Assembly (NCBI GenBank): GCA_950097015.1 | Contig: CATNEN010000009.1 | Coordinates: forward strand, 1,722,898-1,786,897 | Length of the DNA stretch: 64,000 nucleotides | Source: Macrostomum hystrix | Lineage: Eukaryota; Animalia; Platyhelminthes | Reading direction: 5' to 3' | In this document: positions 34,101-45,189 of the stretch, in pieces | Numbering within the stretch: position 1 is the stretch's first letter | Layout: each line of letters opens with the position of its first letter | Translations under genes and position numbers: made by a program | Notes under the pieces: model-generated | The model's input: only the letters and a program-made list of their open reading frames with translations | Told to the model about the DNA's origin: nothing | Database searches by the model: none

Positions 34101-37100
34101 GGTCTCACAGCTCGTGCTCACCAGGGACGGCACCTACCCTGATTTCCGCTCCAGGGATCTCCGAGTCTACTTCGACTTCGAGGCGGTCAAAAAGGACATG
34201 GTTACCATGGAGACCAGGGAGCGGGAGCGACTCAAAGTGCTGCTAGAGGAGCAGCTGCGCGTTGACGAGTGCGAGAGGCGCGCGGCCGCCGAGGCGCTGC
34301 GGCAGCGGGCAACCGCGCTGGAGGCTCAGCTGGCCGAAGCCAATCGGCGTCTTGGCGAGGCGCAGCTGCGGCTGGGGCAGCAGGCGGGTCCCGGCGCGGG
34401 GCCGTCAGCTTGTGAGTGGCTGGGGCAGCAGGCGGGTCCCGGCGCGGGGCCGTCAGCTTGTGAGTGGCTGGGGCAGCAGGCGGGTCCCGGCGCGGGGCCG
34501 TCAGCTTGTGAGTGGCTGGGGCAGCAGGCGGGTCCCGGCGCGGGGCCGTCAGCTTGTGAGTGGCTGGGGCAGCAGGCAGAACAAAACCTGAACCCCCTTA
34601 ACAGTACAAAGACCAGGTGGGTATTTCAAATACCAATTTTTTCTTGTCTCCTATCTGCCATTTCGTTTGGTAGCTATCGTGAAGTAGGCAGTGGTTATTA
34701 GAAATATTAGGACTAAATACCATTAACACCTGCGGCTGGCTACTGTAAGTAAGTAGAATACGACAGAAATTCATTTAATTATTATTTTTTAGCTTCATCA
34801 GCTGGCGCGCCTCCACCTCCGCCTCCGCCTCCGCCACCACCGCCGCCGCCGCCTCCGCCACCGCCGCCACCGCCTCCGCCGCCGGCCCCGGGTTTCGCCT
34901 GTCCACTGCCGCCGCCGCCGCCACCGCCTCACGGCTTGAAGCCGAAGCCGGAGCACCGGCTGGCCAATCCGACAAAGCGGCTGAACTGGCAGCCCGTGCC
35001 GCCAATCCAGCTGAAGCGAGACTCCCTTTGGGTGCGCCACCATTGGCCTAGTAGATGACGAGTCATTCTTCTATTGGTTTTTAAGTCATAGCTGCTCCCG
35101 CTGTTTACTCTCTGAAATTTTCAGGTGCTGATGGGAAATCAGGAGGCCGAGTTCTGTGACCCCCAGCTGGTGGCCCGCGTCAGCCAGCTGTTTTCCACAA
35201 AGGCGACTGGGGCTGGCGCCGCCTTCCAGCCCGGCTCGCGTCGCGGCTCAGCATCCGAAATCGATCAAGGCGGTTCCGGAGCTACCAGCGGGCGGCGAGC
35301 CTGCCGCGTGCTGCCGCCGAAGGCCGCCGAAAATCTGGGCATCGCGCTGGCCTCGCTGCGACTCAACCCGGAGGAGGCCGCCAGGCGGCTCATTGAGTGC
35401 GACGAGCAGCGGCTGCCTGTCAGCTTCCTGGAGCTGCTGTTCAGGTGAGCAACCTGAATCTCAGATCCCCAAGTTGAGTAGCCTGGATCCCAGATCCCCA
35501 AGTTGAGTACGCTGCATCCCAGATCCCCAAGTTGAGTACGCTGCATCCCAGATCCCCAAGTTGAGTACCCTGCATCCCAGATCCCCAAGTTGAGTACCCT
35601 GCATCCCAGATCCCCAAGTTGAGTACGCTGCATCCCAGATCCCCAAGTTGAGTACGCTGCATCCCAGATCCCCAAGTTGAGTACCCTGCATCCCAGATCC
35701 CCAAGTTGAGTACCCTGCATCCCAGATCCCAAAGTTGAGTACCCTGCATCCCAGATCCCCAAGTTGAGTACCCTGCATCCCAGATCCCAAAGTTGAGTAC
35801 CCTGCATCCTAGATCCAAAGTTGAGTACCCTGCATCCCAGATCCAAAGATGAATACCCTGCATCCCAGATCCCCAAGTTGAGTACCCTGCATCCCAGATC
35901 CCCAAGTTGAGTACCCTGCATCCTAGATCCAAAGTTGAATACCCTGCACCCTAGATCCAAAGTTGAGTACCCTGCATCCTAGATCCAAAGTTGAGTACCC
36001 TGCACCCTAGATCCAAAGTTGAGTACCCTGCACCCTAGATCCAAAGTTGAGTACCCTGCATCCTAGATCCAAAGATGAGTACCCTGCATCCCAGATCTCC
36101 TATTTCAATTCAGTAAATCCCAGATTTTGTGATAATTGTCCTCAATCATTCCTGAGAATGCTGAGTGAATGATTATGATTTTTTACTGCCATATGGGATA
36201 TTTCTGGATAAGTCAGCCATACAAGCCACACTACCCCAACGGTCATCGCCCGCACCCCGCAGGTCCATCCCAGAGGACGCTGATATGCGCAGCCTAGCCA
36301 GCCTGTCGGCCAGCCTGTCCGAGCTGTCCGAGGCGGAGCAGTTCCTCTGCCGACTGGGCGCCGGGCTACCCGGCCCGCCCAAGGTTGCTAGGCAACGCGT
36401 CGCTTGCCTGCTGTTCAAAATGCAACTGCCCGACCTGCTGGCGGATCTGCGGCCCGGACTGGCGGCTGCCATCGACTGCCTGCGAACTGTGCGGACCAGC
36501 CAGCGGCTGCGGCAGGTGCGCCGAGTTGCTAGATGTGTGCTCAATGTGTGCTCAATATGTGCTCAGTTTGTGCTCAGTCTGTGCTCAATATGTGCTCAAT
36601 ATGTGCTCAATGTGTGCTCAATATGTGCTCAGTTTGTGCTCAGTCTGTGCTCAATATGTGCTCAATATGTGCTCAATGTGTGCTCAATATGTGCTCAGTG
36701 TGTGCTCAATGTGTGCTCAGTGTGTGCTCAGTGAGTCTCAGTGAGTCAGTGTATGCTTAATGTGTGCTCAGTGTGTGCTCAGTCTGTGCTCAGTCTGAGC
36801 TCAATGTGCGCTCAATATGTGCTCAGTGTGTGCTCAGACTGTGCTCAATGTGTGCTCAATATGTGCTCAGTGTGTGCTCAATATGTGCTAAATTTTTGCT
36901 GATTGTGCTCAGTTGTACTTCTAAGCTCATGCTGATCCTTCCGCCGCAGGTGCTACTAGGCGCCCTGGCGCTCGGCAACATCTTGAACTCTGGCTCCCGC
37001 ACTCTCGGCAGCTGCTTCGCCTTCCACGTCTCCTGCCTGCCTCAGCTGGCCAGCGTGCGCGACTCCTCCGGAGTCGTCGGTGGCGACGGTGGCGGCCGCA

Positions 37101-38015
37101 GCCTACTGTCCGTGCTGGCCGAGCAGCTGTGGCGCAAGTGGCCGGACGCACTCAACCTGCCGGACGAGCTGCGCCGGCTGGACTCGGCGGCCCGAATCAC
37201 CGAGGAGGCCGTGGAAGACGCCGTCAAGGAGCTGCGGGATCGCTGCCAGCTGCTGGGCGAGGCGTTGACCGCCTTCCGACCTGCCGGACCCGCTGACAAC
37301 TTCAAGGTGAATAAAAATTGAGCTTTTAGTACTTTGTGCTTGCAGTCTGGCTGAGTAGGTGTTCTCAAAGCCACCCCCTCCACACGCGCAGTCAAGCATG
37401 GAGCCGTTTCACAAGTACGCCCAGTCCGCCCTGGACTCACTGGAGGCGTCCCGGCGCCAGCTGCGCGAAGAGTTCCTGGCCACCGCCGACTACCTGGCGC
37501 TTGACCCGGTCAAGTATCGGCCGGAGCAGCTGCTGACTGACCTGCGCAGCTTCCGCGACGCCTTCGAGGCGGCAGCGGCGGCCGAGGAGCAGCGCCGGAA
37601 TCGCGCGACTACCGTCGCAGCCGCCGCCGCCTCCTCCTCCAGCTCCGCGGCGGCTCGGCGCACCGGCAGGCAGCAGCCGGCGGCTGGCAAGGAGAACGGC
37701 AGGACAGCGGCTGCGGCTGCGGACAGCGCCGGCCTGGTGGCCAACCTGCTGGAGGCGCTGAAGAGCGGCGCGGCATTCCACACGCCCAGGCAGGCGGGCG
37801 CCGGTGTCGGTGGAGGCGGCCGGCGGACCCCGCGCCAGGGCGCTGAGCGGCGCGCTCTTCTGCCGATGGGTCAGCAGGCCGAAGCCGCCAGCGCTTCTCC
37901 CACGCAGCAGCAGCAGCTGCAGCAGCATCGCCGTCGGCAGCGCCAGTGGCAGTCGGAAGCCGCGGCGGCAGCTACGGCGGCTGTGCTGGCGAGCCTGCGA
38001 GATGATTTTCAGTGA
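31119..38015 (+). CDS. dia: Diaphanous-related formin (GBD-FH3-FH1-FH2-DAD). Exons about 31119-31700, 32184-32429, 33114-33539, 33883-34411, 34793-35031, 35125-35444, 36263-36515, 36950-37306, 37359(or later AG)-38015.
   Basis: GBD MSQDELDSALADMIQDLNL; FH3 YFKLLEELVSQLVLTRDGTYPDFR; polyproline FH1 then GLKPKPEH...KRLNW; FH2 LALGNILNSGS; DAD AGLVANLLEALKSGAAF (DIAPH DAD consensus MDSLLEALQSGAAF). All exon phases join. Confidence 0.93.
31712..32010. repeat. 36-bp intronic minisatellite GGGTTGGGTTGGGCAAGGTGTCCCAGGATCCCAGAT x about 8
   Basis: Begins just after the exon 1 donor of the formin gene. Confidence 0.97.
32448..33082. repeat. 30-bp intronic minisatellite CATCCCAGATCCTCACACCTGACCAACAAT x about 21
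   Basis: Fills intron 32430-33113. Confidence 0.97.
33580..33810. repeat. Degenerate intronic repeat (CAGATCCCAG...TATCCCATATTCT)
   Basis: Several diverged copies in intron 33540-33882. Confidence 0.7.
34372..34577 (+). repeat. 48-bp perfect tandem repeat x4 containing the exon end and splice donor (GCTT|GTGAGT)
   Basis: Unit GGGCAGCAGGCGGGTCCCGGCGCGGGGCCGTCAGCTTGTGAGTGGCTG; donor GT at 34412, 34460, 34508 and 34556. Confidence 0.97.
35458..36095. repeat. 29-bp intronic minisatellite CCCAGATCCCCAAGTTGAGTACCCTGCAT x about 22
   Basis: Direct tandem array in intron 35445-36262. Confidence 0.97.
36530..36912. repeat. 10-bp-unit intronic minisatellite (TGTGCTCAAT/TGTGCTCAGT)
   Basis: Fills intron 36516-36949 and produces the spurious Cys-rich ORFs. 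Confidence 0.95.
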
Positions 38016-38684
38016 TAATTTTGCTGACAAGCAATGCTCCACGGCTGCTCTGGCCTTCTGAATCATTCAACTGAATTCTGCAAGGCTATTTTAGGCATAA
38101 ACGGATCAATTTCATATCATTCGGCCACAGCCTCAAAGCATCCGTTTTGAATCTGGTTAATCTATTAGAAAAGCATTTGTGTGTACAATTGCCTGCTTTG
38201 CTTCCCTTGATTCAGCATTTCCTGTGTAATTATTACTGATTTAAAACTCAACTGCTCAACTTCTCCTCGATCTGTGCTCACACCCCAGCTCTGCAATAGA
38301 GATTTCTTTTAAATTCTTTTTTTGTGCTCAACATTATTTTTTTAAGTTACCTTTTTGCCCCCTTTCCTGAGTGGTGGCAGGTGCACTTTTGTCACCGTAG
38401 CTGCTCACTTCGAATCGATCTGCGCACGCATTTTCGTGCTCTGATTTTCCAAGCTTTTCTCTACCGTACATCAGATTCTGAGTCAGGCGGATTAGTAAGT
38501 ATATAAGCAGCTGAGCACTTGACTCTACAGATCAATCAGATTTGCAGCTGCACTGGAGGGAATTGCAGTTTAAATCAGTGCGGATATCTGCGTCTTCTGC
38601 TATTTTGAGTTATTATCAAATATCAATAGCTTGGGATCACTTTACAGTACCGGGGATACATCATAGCACCAGGCACAATGGACT

Positions 38685-38835
38685 CAACATTGCAACAGTC
38701 ACAATGAACTCATCATTGCACCAGTCACAATGAACTCATCATTGCACCAGTCACAATGCAATCATCAAAGCACCTATCACAATGGAATCATCATAGCACC
38801 AGTCACAATGCACTCATCAAAGCACCTATCACAAT
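38685..38835. repeat. 26-bp minisatellite CAGTCACAATGAACTCATCATTGCAC x about 6
   Basis: Direct tandem repeats between the formin and C1GalT genes. Confidence 0.88.
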
Positions 38836-39199
38836 GGACTCATCTCACTGCCATAAATACAACTGAGTGTTTTTGAGTAGGTAATCAGGTAAATTATCTG
38901 AGTTGAGGCCTTCACGCATTATACTTCAATCCAAGCAGTGTTGATTCACTCTTGATTTCGCCCTAGCAGCAGAAGACTCACCGATTGCAGCTGTTGCTTG
39001 AACTGGTCCACTTTCTGCTAAGCAGATCCGGGTAACCCGAGACTGTCCTGTCAACTTGTCTCTGAGCTCCGAATAAACACGCGGCGGTCCCACTGCAGTT
39101 CGATTTAAGTAGAAAAATAAAAATACGATTTCACCCGTAAGATTGGACATTAGACAAGAGCAGAACCACTTCTAAGCAAGTTTTTGTCTGCTTAATGAC

Positions 39200-42100
39200 A
39201 TGCGGCATCGGAAACTACCACTGCTGCTGCTGCTGCTGGCTGGGTGTACAGTCGCCTGTTCCGGCCTGCTGTTCCTGCTACGTAAGCGGCTGCGCCCAGC
39301 TCCAGACCTGCCACCGCGGCCGAAGATTTTCTGTCTGATCTTGGCAGCTTTGGAGCAACTCGACAGCCGAGCTGCGGCCGTCAACCAGACCTGGGCTCAG
39401 CGATGCGACGGCTGGCTCTTTGTTGTCAGTGGCTCGGAGCCCACCAGCGTGACAGTCAGAAGCCGCAGCTTCCTGCCGCTGCTGGGTCAGTGGTCCTGTG
39501 TGCTGTGCTGAAGGAGAAGGGGGCTAGCAGAGGGTCCCCAAGGACGAGTCGCAAAAGTCGCAAAAGTTCTAAAAATAGAAACTGAGTCATGCAAACAAGC
39601 GAGAGCTAAAAATAGCAACAGCGTCATAGGCTTACTATTAGAGGTGATTTTGCGAGGGCACCCCAAGTTCAAAGATGCTACACGCGGGACACTGGTACAA
39701 ATTGCACCCAGTTGTGATTGCACTGACGGCAGTCTCATCCACCTAAATTTCTAGCACTAGCTTATACTGGCACCTACTGCTCAGCAAAGTTAATTGAAGC
39801 ACTTTTAAATTAGATGTCTTGCTCAAAGACAAACTGTTTCCCATAGGCTCAGCTTCGAACTCCCGACCTCTCGCTCAGAAATGCAAAGCTCTCCAAAGCA
39901 AAATTTCAACTCTTTCGTCCACACTCAGAAGTGGCAGCTCCCGAAGGCCGCGATCACCTGTGGCAGAAGGTGCGACTGGCCTTTCAATTCGCCAACGCCC
40001 ACCTGTTGGCGAACTTTGATTATTTTCTCAAAGCCGACGATGACACCTTCGTGATTCTGGCCAATCTACGTCGCTTCCTGCAGAGTCCAGGCCGGCCCAC
40101 GGCAGACTCGGCCTGGTGGACGGGACGCGCCCTGCGAGTGCGCCTTGGCACGCAGCGGCGGCACTGGTGGCAGCGCTACATGTCCGGCGGTGCGGGCTAC
40201 GTGCTCTCGCGCGGCGCTGTTCAAAGACTGGCGGCCGGGGCTGGGAACTGCGGACCGGTGACCTCGGAGGATGTCAACATGGGTGAGTGGAGCCTTCAGA
40301 GCTGGTTTTCTAAATGTGCAAATACTGCGCAAGAAGAAGGACGCAGGGGAGGGTGAGTGGCAGGGCGGCCCACGCGTTTGTCTCTGGCACCAAGGTCCCT
40401 GAGCTCGATTCCGTGGCGAGGCCACATTCATTTAGGGCGCAGCCGCGGAGAGAAGGCTTGGAGGCATGTCGTGCAATTTACGCTCTTGAAGGCCAGCCTC
40501 CAGTGAGAGGTGAACGCTGCCGGACGATGAGAAAGTCAGGGCAGATGTACACACCTGTGTGAGTGTGCGCCTGTGTACGGTATCTGTTTGCGAGTGTGCT
40601 CAAAAGTCAGCGAAATGAGCAGATTTGCATCCTCGCTGGCTGCGGTCTGCTGTCACCAAATGATGTGCCAGTACCCACAGTCGTGAAAATTTTACAAGCT
40701 ATTCATATTTTAATTTTAATTTAACACCGCCTTCTGATTGATTCGCCAATCACCTTGCAGTCTCTTTCTCTTGCCCTCAGTGGCGCATTCTCTTTTTATC
40801 ACATCGCCAACCCCCTCCAGTCAGTACGACTTAGCTCGTAACAATCTATCAATATATCAATATATTCGACAACGAATCTTCTCTTATCTCGATTATTGAT
40901 TAGCAAACCAGGAACGAGATATGATATCTCCTCATATTTTTCTCAGTTGTGTCAACAGGGCTATTGCTGCACCGAGTTCATAAAATCAGCATCTCGATTT
41001 CTTTTAGCGAGTAGAAGTATCCGTAGTTCAAATTCCAGATAAGGCCATGGGCCTTGGGTCCACTGAGTGCATTGCTGAAATTCTTGAAAACTCCATTAGG
41101 ATGTGTTTGAAGCAATTTGCGAACCACCAGGCACCTGCATAGCTTTTGGCACAGTTTCCCGGAGAGATATCATTGTCTTTATCCATAGTCGAAAACTGGT
41201 AGCCATTGTTCGCTCTCATCGAGTCGCTGACTCCCTCGCTGGCGGAGAAGCCGCTCACACTCAGGCGGTACAGGTCGCTCTCCGGGCCAACCCTGAAGTT
41301 TTTGTAGTGCGCCCAGCTCTGTGTGCCATTCCACAGCCGCATGAGGAAGAGCAGCTGCCTTCCCGGCCCGCTTGACGTCAGGGAGTGCAGGTTGTTGAGG
41401 CCTAATTTGCCGGAAGGTCAATCGAAGTTTCTTATGGTTTTGAAGTACTAGATCGCAATTTAATTATAGGATACATATTCAAGGACACAGTATCGAGCAG
41501 ACCTATCCAGTAGTTTCCATCTGGTCCATCGCCGAACTTATTCTGGTACTGGCTCCAGCCGACGTAGAAGCTCACGGATCCAGACACTGTGCTGCACTGT
41601 GGTCCAACAGTCATTGTTATAAGTCTGCAAAATGAGGGGGTTGCAAAATTAACTTTATGGGAGCTGACTCGCAGAGCGGCAACTTAAGCGAGATTTCATT
41701 AGTTTAGGGCGCAACCGCGAATAGAGAAAGCACATGGCAACTTATCGAAAAATATAGAAAGTTGCAGTTGTTGATAAAATCTTTAAATAGGGGCTGAAAG
41801 TAATTGAAGCTTAACTCAGACTCATCACCAACTTAAGTCATCGTAACCTTCTTATCGTTCATCGTAACCTTCTTATCGTTCATCGTAACCTTCTTATCGT
41901 TCATCGTAACCTTCTTATCGTTCATCGTAACCTTCTTATCGTTCATCGTAACCTTCTTATCGTTCATCGTAACCTTCTTATCGTTCATCGTAACCTTCTT
42001 ATCGTTCATCGTAACCTTCTTATCGTTCATCGTAACCTTCTTATCGTTCATCGTAACCTTCTTATCGTTCATCGTAACCTTCTTATCGTTCATCGTAACC

Positions 42101-44624
42101 TTCTTATCGTTCATCGTAACCTTCTTATCGTTCATCGTAACCTTCTTATCGTTCATCGTAACCTTCTTATCGTTCATCGTAACCTTCTAATCGTTCATCG
42201 TAACCTTCTTATCGTTCATCGTAACCTTCTTATCGTTCTTTTAACTCTCAAACTGGGGAATGGCGGGTATCTGACGCGCGTCGGTATATGCTCAAAGTCG
42301 GCTCAAGTAAAGATGACTCAAAGTCATCATGCTCAGCAGTCCGCTCACCCAGACAAGCCGGTCTCCCACAGTGCGGCACTTCCTGCAGTGCCCGAGGCCT
42401 AGCTGGCAGCGGAACTCCGTGCACCGGCCCAAGCTGGCGTTGAAGTCCACCAGCTGCACGGCGGGGTCCCTGCTATCGGCTCCGGTGCAGAGCACCCTCG
42501 ACTGAGCCGAGTAGGACCCCGCCACTTCGTAGTCGGCGAGGCTCTCGAGGCTCAATCGCCACTGGCGCTCAGATGAGGCAGCATGGGCAGGTGTGAGACA
42601 CGGCAATGCCACAATTAGCAGCTGCAGAATCATTGAGGCCGCACAGTCGTGTGTCGCCTGCAGATTCGGTCGCGAGACAGAAAGACCGAGAATCCTAAAT
42701 CAAACGGCTTTATCCCAGGTCACGCCCTGCAGCAGCGTCCCCAATTGTTGGTCTGACTGAGCAGCGGAAGCAACAGACAGATGAAGTATCCGTGCACAGC
42801 GGCGCTTGAGAAACTGTTGCGCATCCGTTGTGTGACTTCTAGCTCATGACAGTTTCCGAGTTAGAGACAGCGCCAGTCGAACCAGCAAGCGGTAAAGGTT
42901 ACATTGCTCCCGACAATTATGCTGCGGTGAAATGGATTCCACAGGCTCACTGCACTGTCAACAGCAACATTTTTGTATTCAAGGAAACAACTATCGCATA
43001 ATTTAGCGCTATTGTCAGTCCGAGCTCACCCTTTGCCTCGAAATGCTTGAGTCCACTGTCAGTCAATGAGGCAGTAATAAAAAAATAATATTTGCAGGCG
43101 GGCTGTGGGCACTGGCACATCATTTGGTGATCCGCAGCCAGCGAAGAGGCGATTCTGCCCATTTCGTTGACTCCTGAGCACACACGCATGTTGGTGGGTA
43201 CATCTGGCCTGGACTTTCTAATTCATCATTTGGTGATCGTAAAACCCTTACCCTCCTCAAATTTTAGTTCTCTCTTAATCCATGGCATCTACTCTCATTC
43301 AGTCTTGCTAGCTCGACCACACTGCCATGAAATTATTGACAAACTACCCGCTTAAGTGGCATGGACGAACTTTTTACTAGCGACGAATCGACGAGATCAG
43401 CAGCTTCCAACCTCAGGAGATTTTATGGCTGAGGAAGTGAGCGGTATAACAGGAAAGTTTTGTCTTCCTGTTACCTTCTGCCACAGCAACAGAGAGATAA
43501 ACGCTCCACGGGCCAGAGGCCCGTTTCTGTGTGGACTCCGGAGTCCCATGAAAAGCAGCAGCGAAGCTCTGCCTCTCGCTTCCAGTGTATTTAAATTCAA
43601 GCAGCGCGCACAACAGAGGCAGAATGGGGAGAGAGGGAGAAACGCTGGGAGATTGCTAACACAGGGGCAGCTGTTTCTTTGTCCCACACGCACACGCTCC
43701 CCAGCGAACGCTCGCCGAACTTCTTCCTCATATTCCTGGGCCGTATCGATCCACGGACGCCTCGTCGTGTACGCGAATCATTGAGCCATGCAAATACAAT
43801 GTTCTGAAGCGTATTTGCAAGGCTTACAAGCGGCAGAGCGGTCTAACAGCAGCTTCCAACCTCAGGAGATTTATGGCTGAGGAGTGAGCGGCAGAGCGGT
43901 CTAACGCACCAAGGTCCCTAAACTCGATTCCGCGGCGACGCCACATTCATTTGGGGCGCAGCCGCGGAGAGAGAGAGGGTTTGTGGGGCTTGCCAAGGCA
44001 CAGTGAGAGTGTACACTGCCTGACGATAAGAAATTCAGGGCAGATATCACACCTGTGTGAGCGTGTGCCTGCGTACGGTGTCTGTGTGCGTGTGTGCTGA
44101 TGATTCAGAGAAGTGAGCAGAATTGCCTCCTCGCTGTCTGCGGGCCTACCGTCACCAAATGATGTGCCATTGCCCGCAGTATGGCTGAGCCAGCAAAATC
44201 CTACTCAGTCGCGCAAATCTTTGCCAGGCGCCTGCATGGAGCGGTCGGGCGTCGAGTTCGTGGACTCCTTCGACCCCGGCAGGGACGGTGGCGAGCGATT
44301 CCACCCCCTGAGCGTGGCCAGCCACCTGGACTTTGGCAAGTGGCCAACCACCCACTGGCTGTGGCACTACAGCCTGCGGCCTGTGCAGTCCGTGAGTTCT
44401 TCTCATTGGCAGTTGTGGGCTGGGGAGATCGCAATCAGTAATACTCAGTGCGAGCTCCCCTCGTCACTCCGCCTCACCAGGGCCAGCGCTGCTGCAGCAG
44501 CTCGTCGATCTCATTTCACAATGTCTCGCCGGAGGAGATGCGCAGTTTTCACTTCCTGCTCAGCCGGCTGCGGGTCGATGTGAGGCGGGGCCGTCCTCAG
44601 CCGCAGGGTCGCCAGGATAAATGA
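39200..44624 (+). CDS. C1GALT1: Core 1 beta-1,3-galactosyltransferase (C1GalT1-like, GT31). Exons 39200-39485, 39929-40282, 44228-44391, 44481-44624.
   Basis: Type II membrane anchor; IFCLIL...[17 protein letters not shown]; [20 protein letters not shown]; [14 protein letters not shown]; SEDVNMG|ACM...DSFD...ERFHPL; [17 protein letters not shown]. Phases consistent and no lesions. Confidence 0.9.
39745..39900 (-). mobile_element. Decayed SINE family A fragment in C1GalT intron 1
   Basis: Reverse complement reads GGTCGGGAGTTCGAAGC...GTCTTTGAGCAAGACATCTAAT...GTGCTTCAATT...GGTGCCAGTAT, resembling family A. Confidence 0.55.
40335..40690 (+). mobile_element. tRNA-derived SINE, family C
   Basis: Shares GTCCCTGAGCTCGATTCC (B box), GGGCGCAGCCGCGGAGAG and CCAAATGATGTGCCA with the copies at 43829-44190 and 58490-59690. 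Confidence 0.75.
40978..42633 (-). pseudogene. Secreted fibrinogen-related protein (signal peptide, PAN-like segment, FReD), two frameshifts. Exons 42633-42349, 41624-41503, 41401-40978.
   Basis: [23 protein letters not shown]...YWIG|LNNLHSL...FSTMDKDND...CA...[13 protein letters not shown]...GLIW...YSLKEIEML*. Frame breaks near 41592 and 41106. Could be real decay or assembly indels. Confidence 0.8.
41838..42238. repeat. 21-bp minisatellite ATCGTAACCTTCTTATCGTTC x about 19
   Basis: Near-perfect array in intron 1 of the fibrinogen-related gene; source of the MNDKKVT ORF. Confidence 0.98.
43085..43200 (-). mobile_element. SINE family C 3' fragment
   Basis: CTGTGGGCACTGGCACATCATTTGGTGA...GCAGCCAGCGA is the reverse complement of the 3' part of the 40335 copy. 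Confidence 0.6.
43829..44190 (+). mobile_element. SINE family C copy with duplicated head
   Basis: A box GCGGCAGAGCGGTCTAAC occurs twice; body matches the 40335 copy. Confidence 0.75.
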
Positions 44625-45189
44625 GACCCGGACGTTGCCACCTTGCACCTTGAGTGCGACATTTCTGCCCATGCTTTTGTCTATCACTATAAACAGGACA
44701 CACGTTTTATCGGTTACCTGTGCCAATCGGTTTTATAAATGAAGTCGAAACGATATTATACACTATATGCTCAAGAACTGTACGCATGCTTTTGTTCATC
44801 AAAGCGAGTTTTTAGCCTATTGTTTGGGGCTCCGGATTTGTCGCCGATGAGTCGGGACTTCAATCTGAAGCTCAATAAGTTTGTATCCTTGAGCACGGAA
44901 CACAAAACAATGAGTTTTGAACTTAAACAAGTCCATGGACTGAACAGCTATTCACAGCCGTTGAATGCGCACTGAAGCAGCAGTTGTACGAGTATTTGGA
45001 AACTCATAAAGTTCCAGAGATGCTGCTCATACTCTATCTATTTATCAGTAAAATGTTATTTTTTTAATTCGAGTGAAACAGGAAATCATCGATGATAAAG
45101 GGACTATTTATGTTAAACTGTCAGTAAATTGCAAAATTTTAAAACCGAAAGTTGCTCTAAGAAGGAAGCATTTTGTCACACTGGATGAT

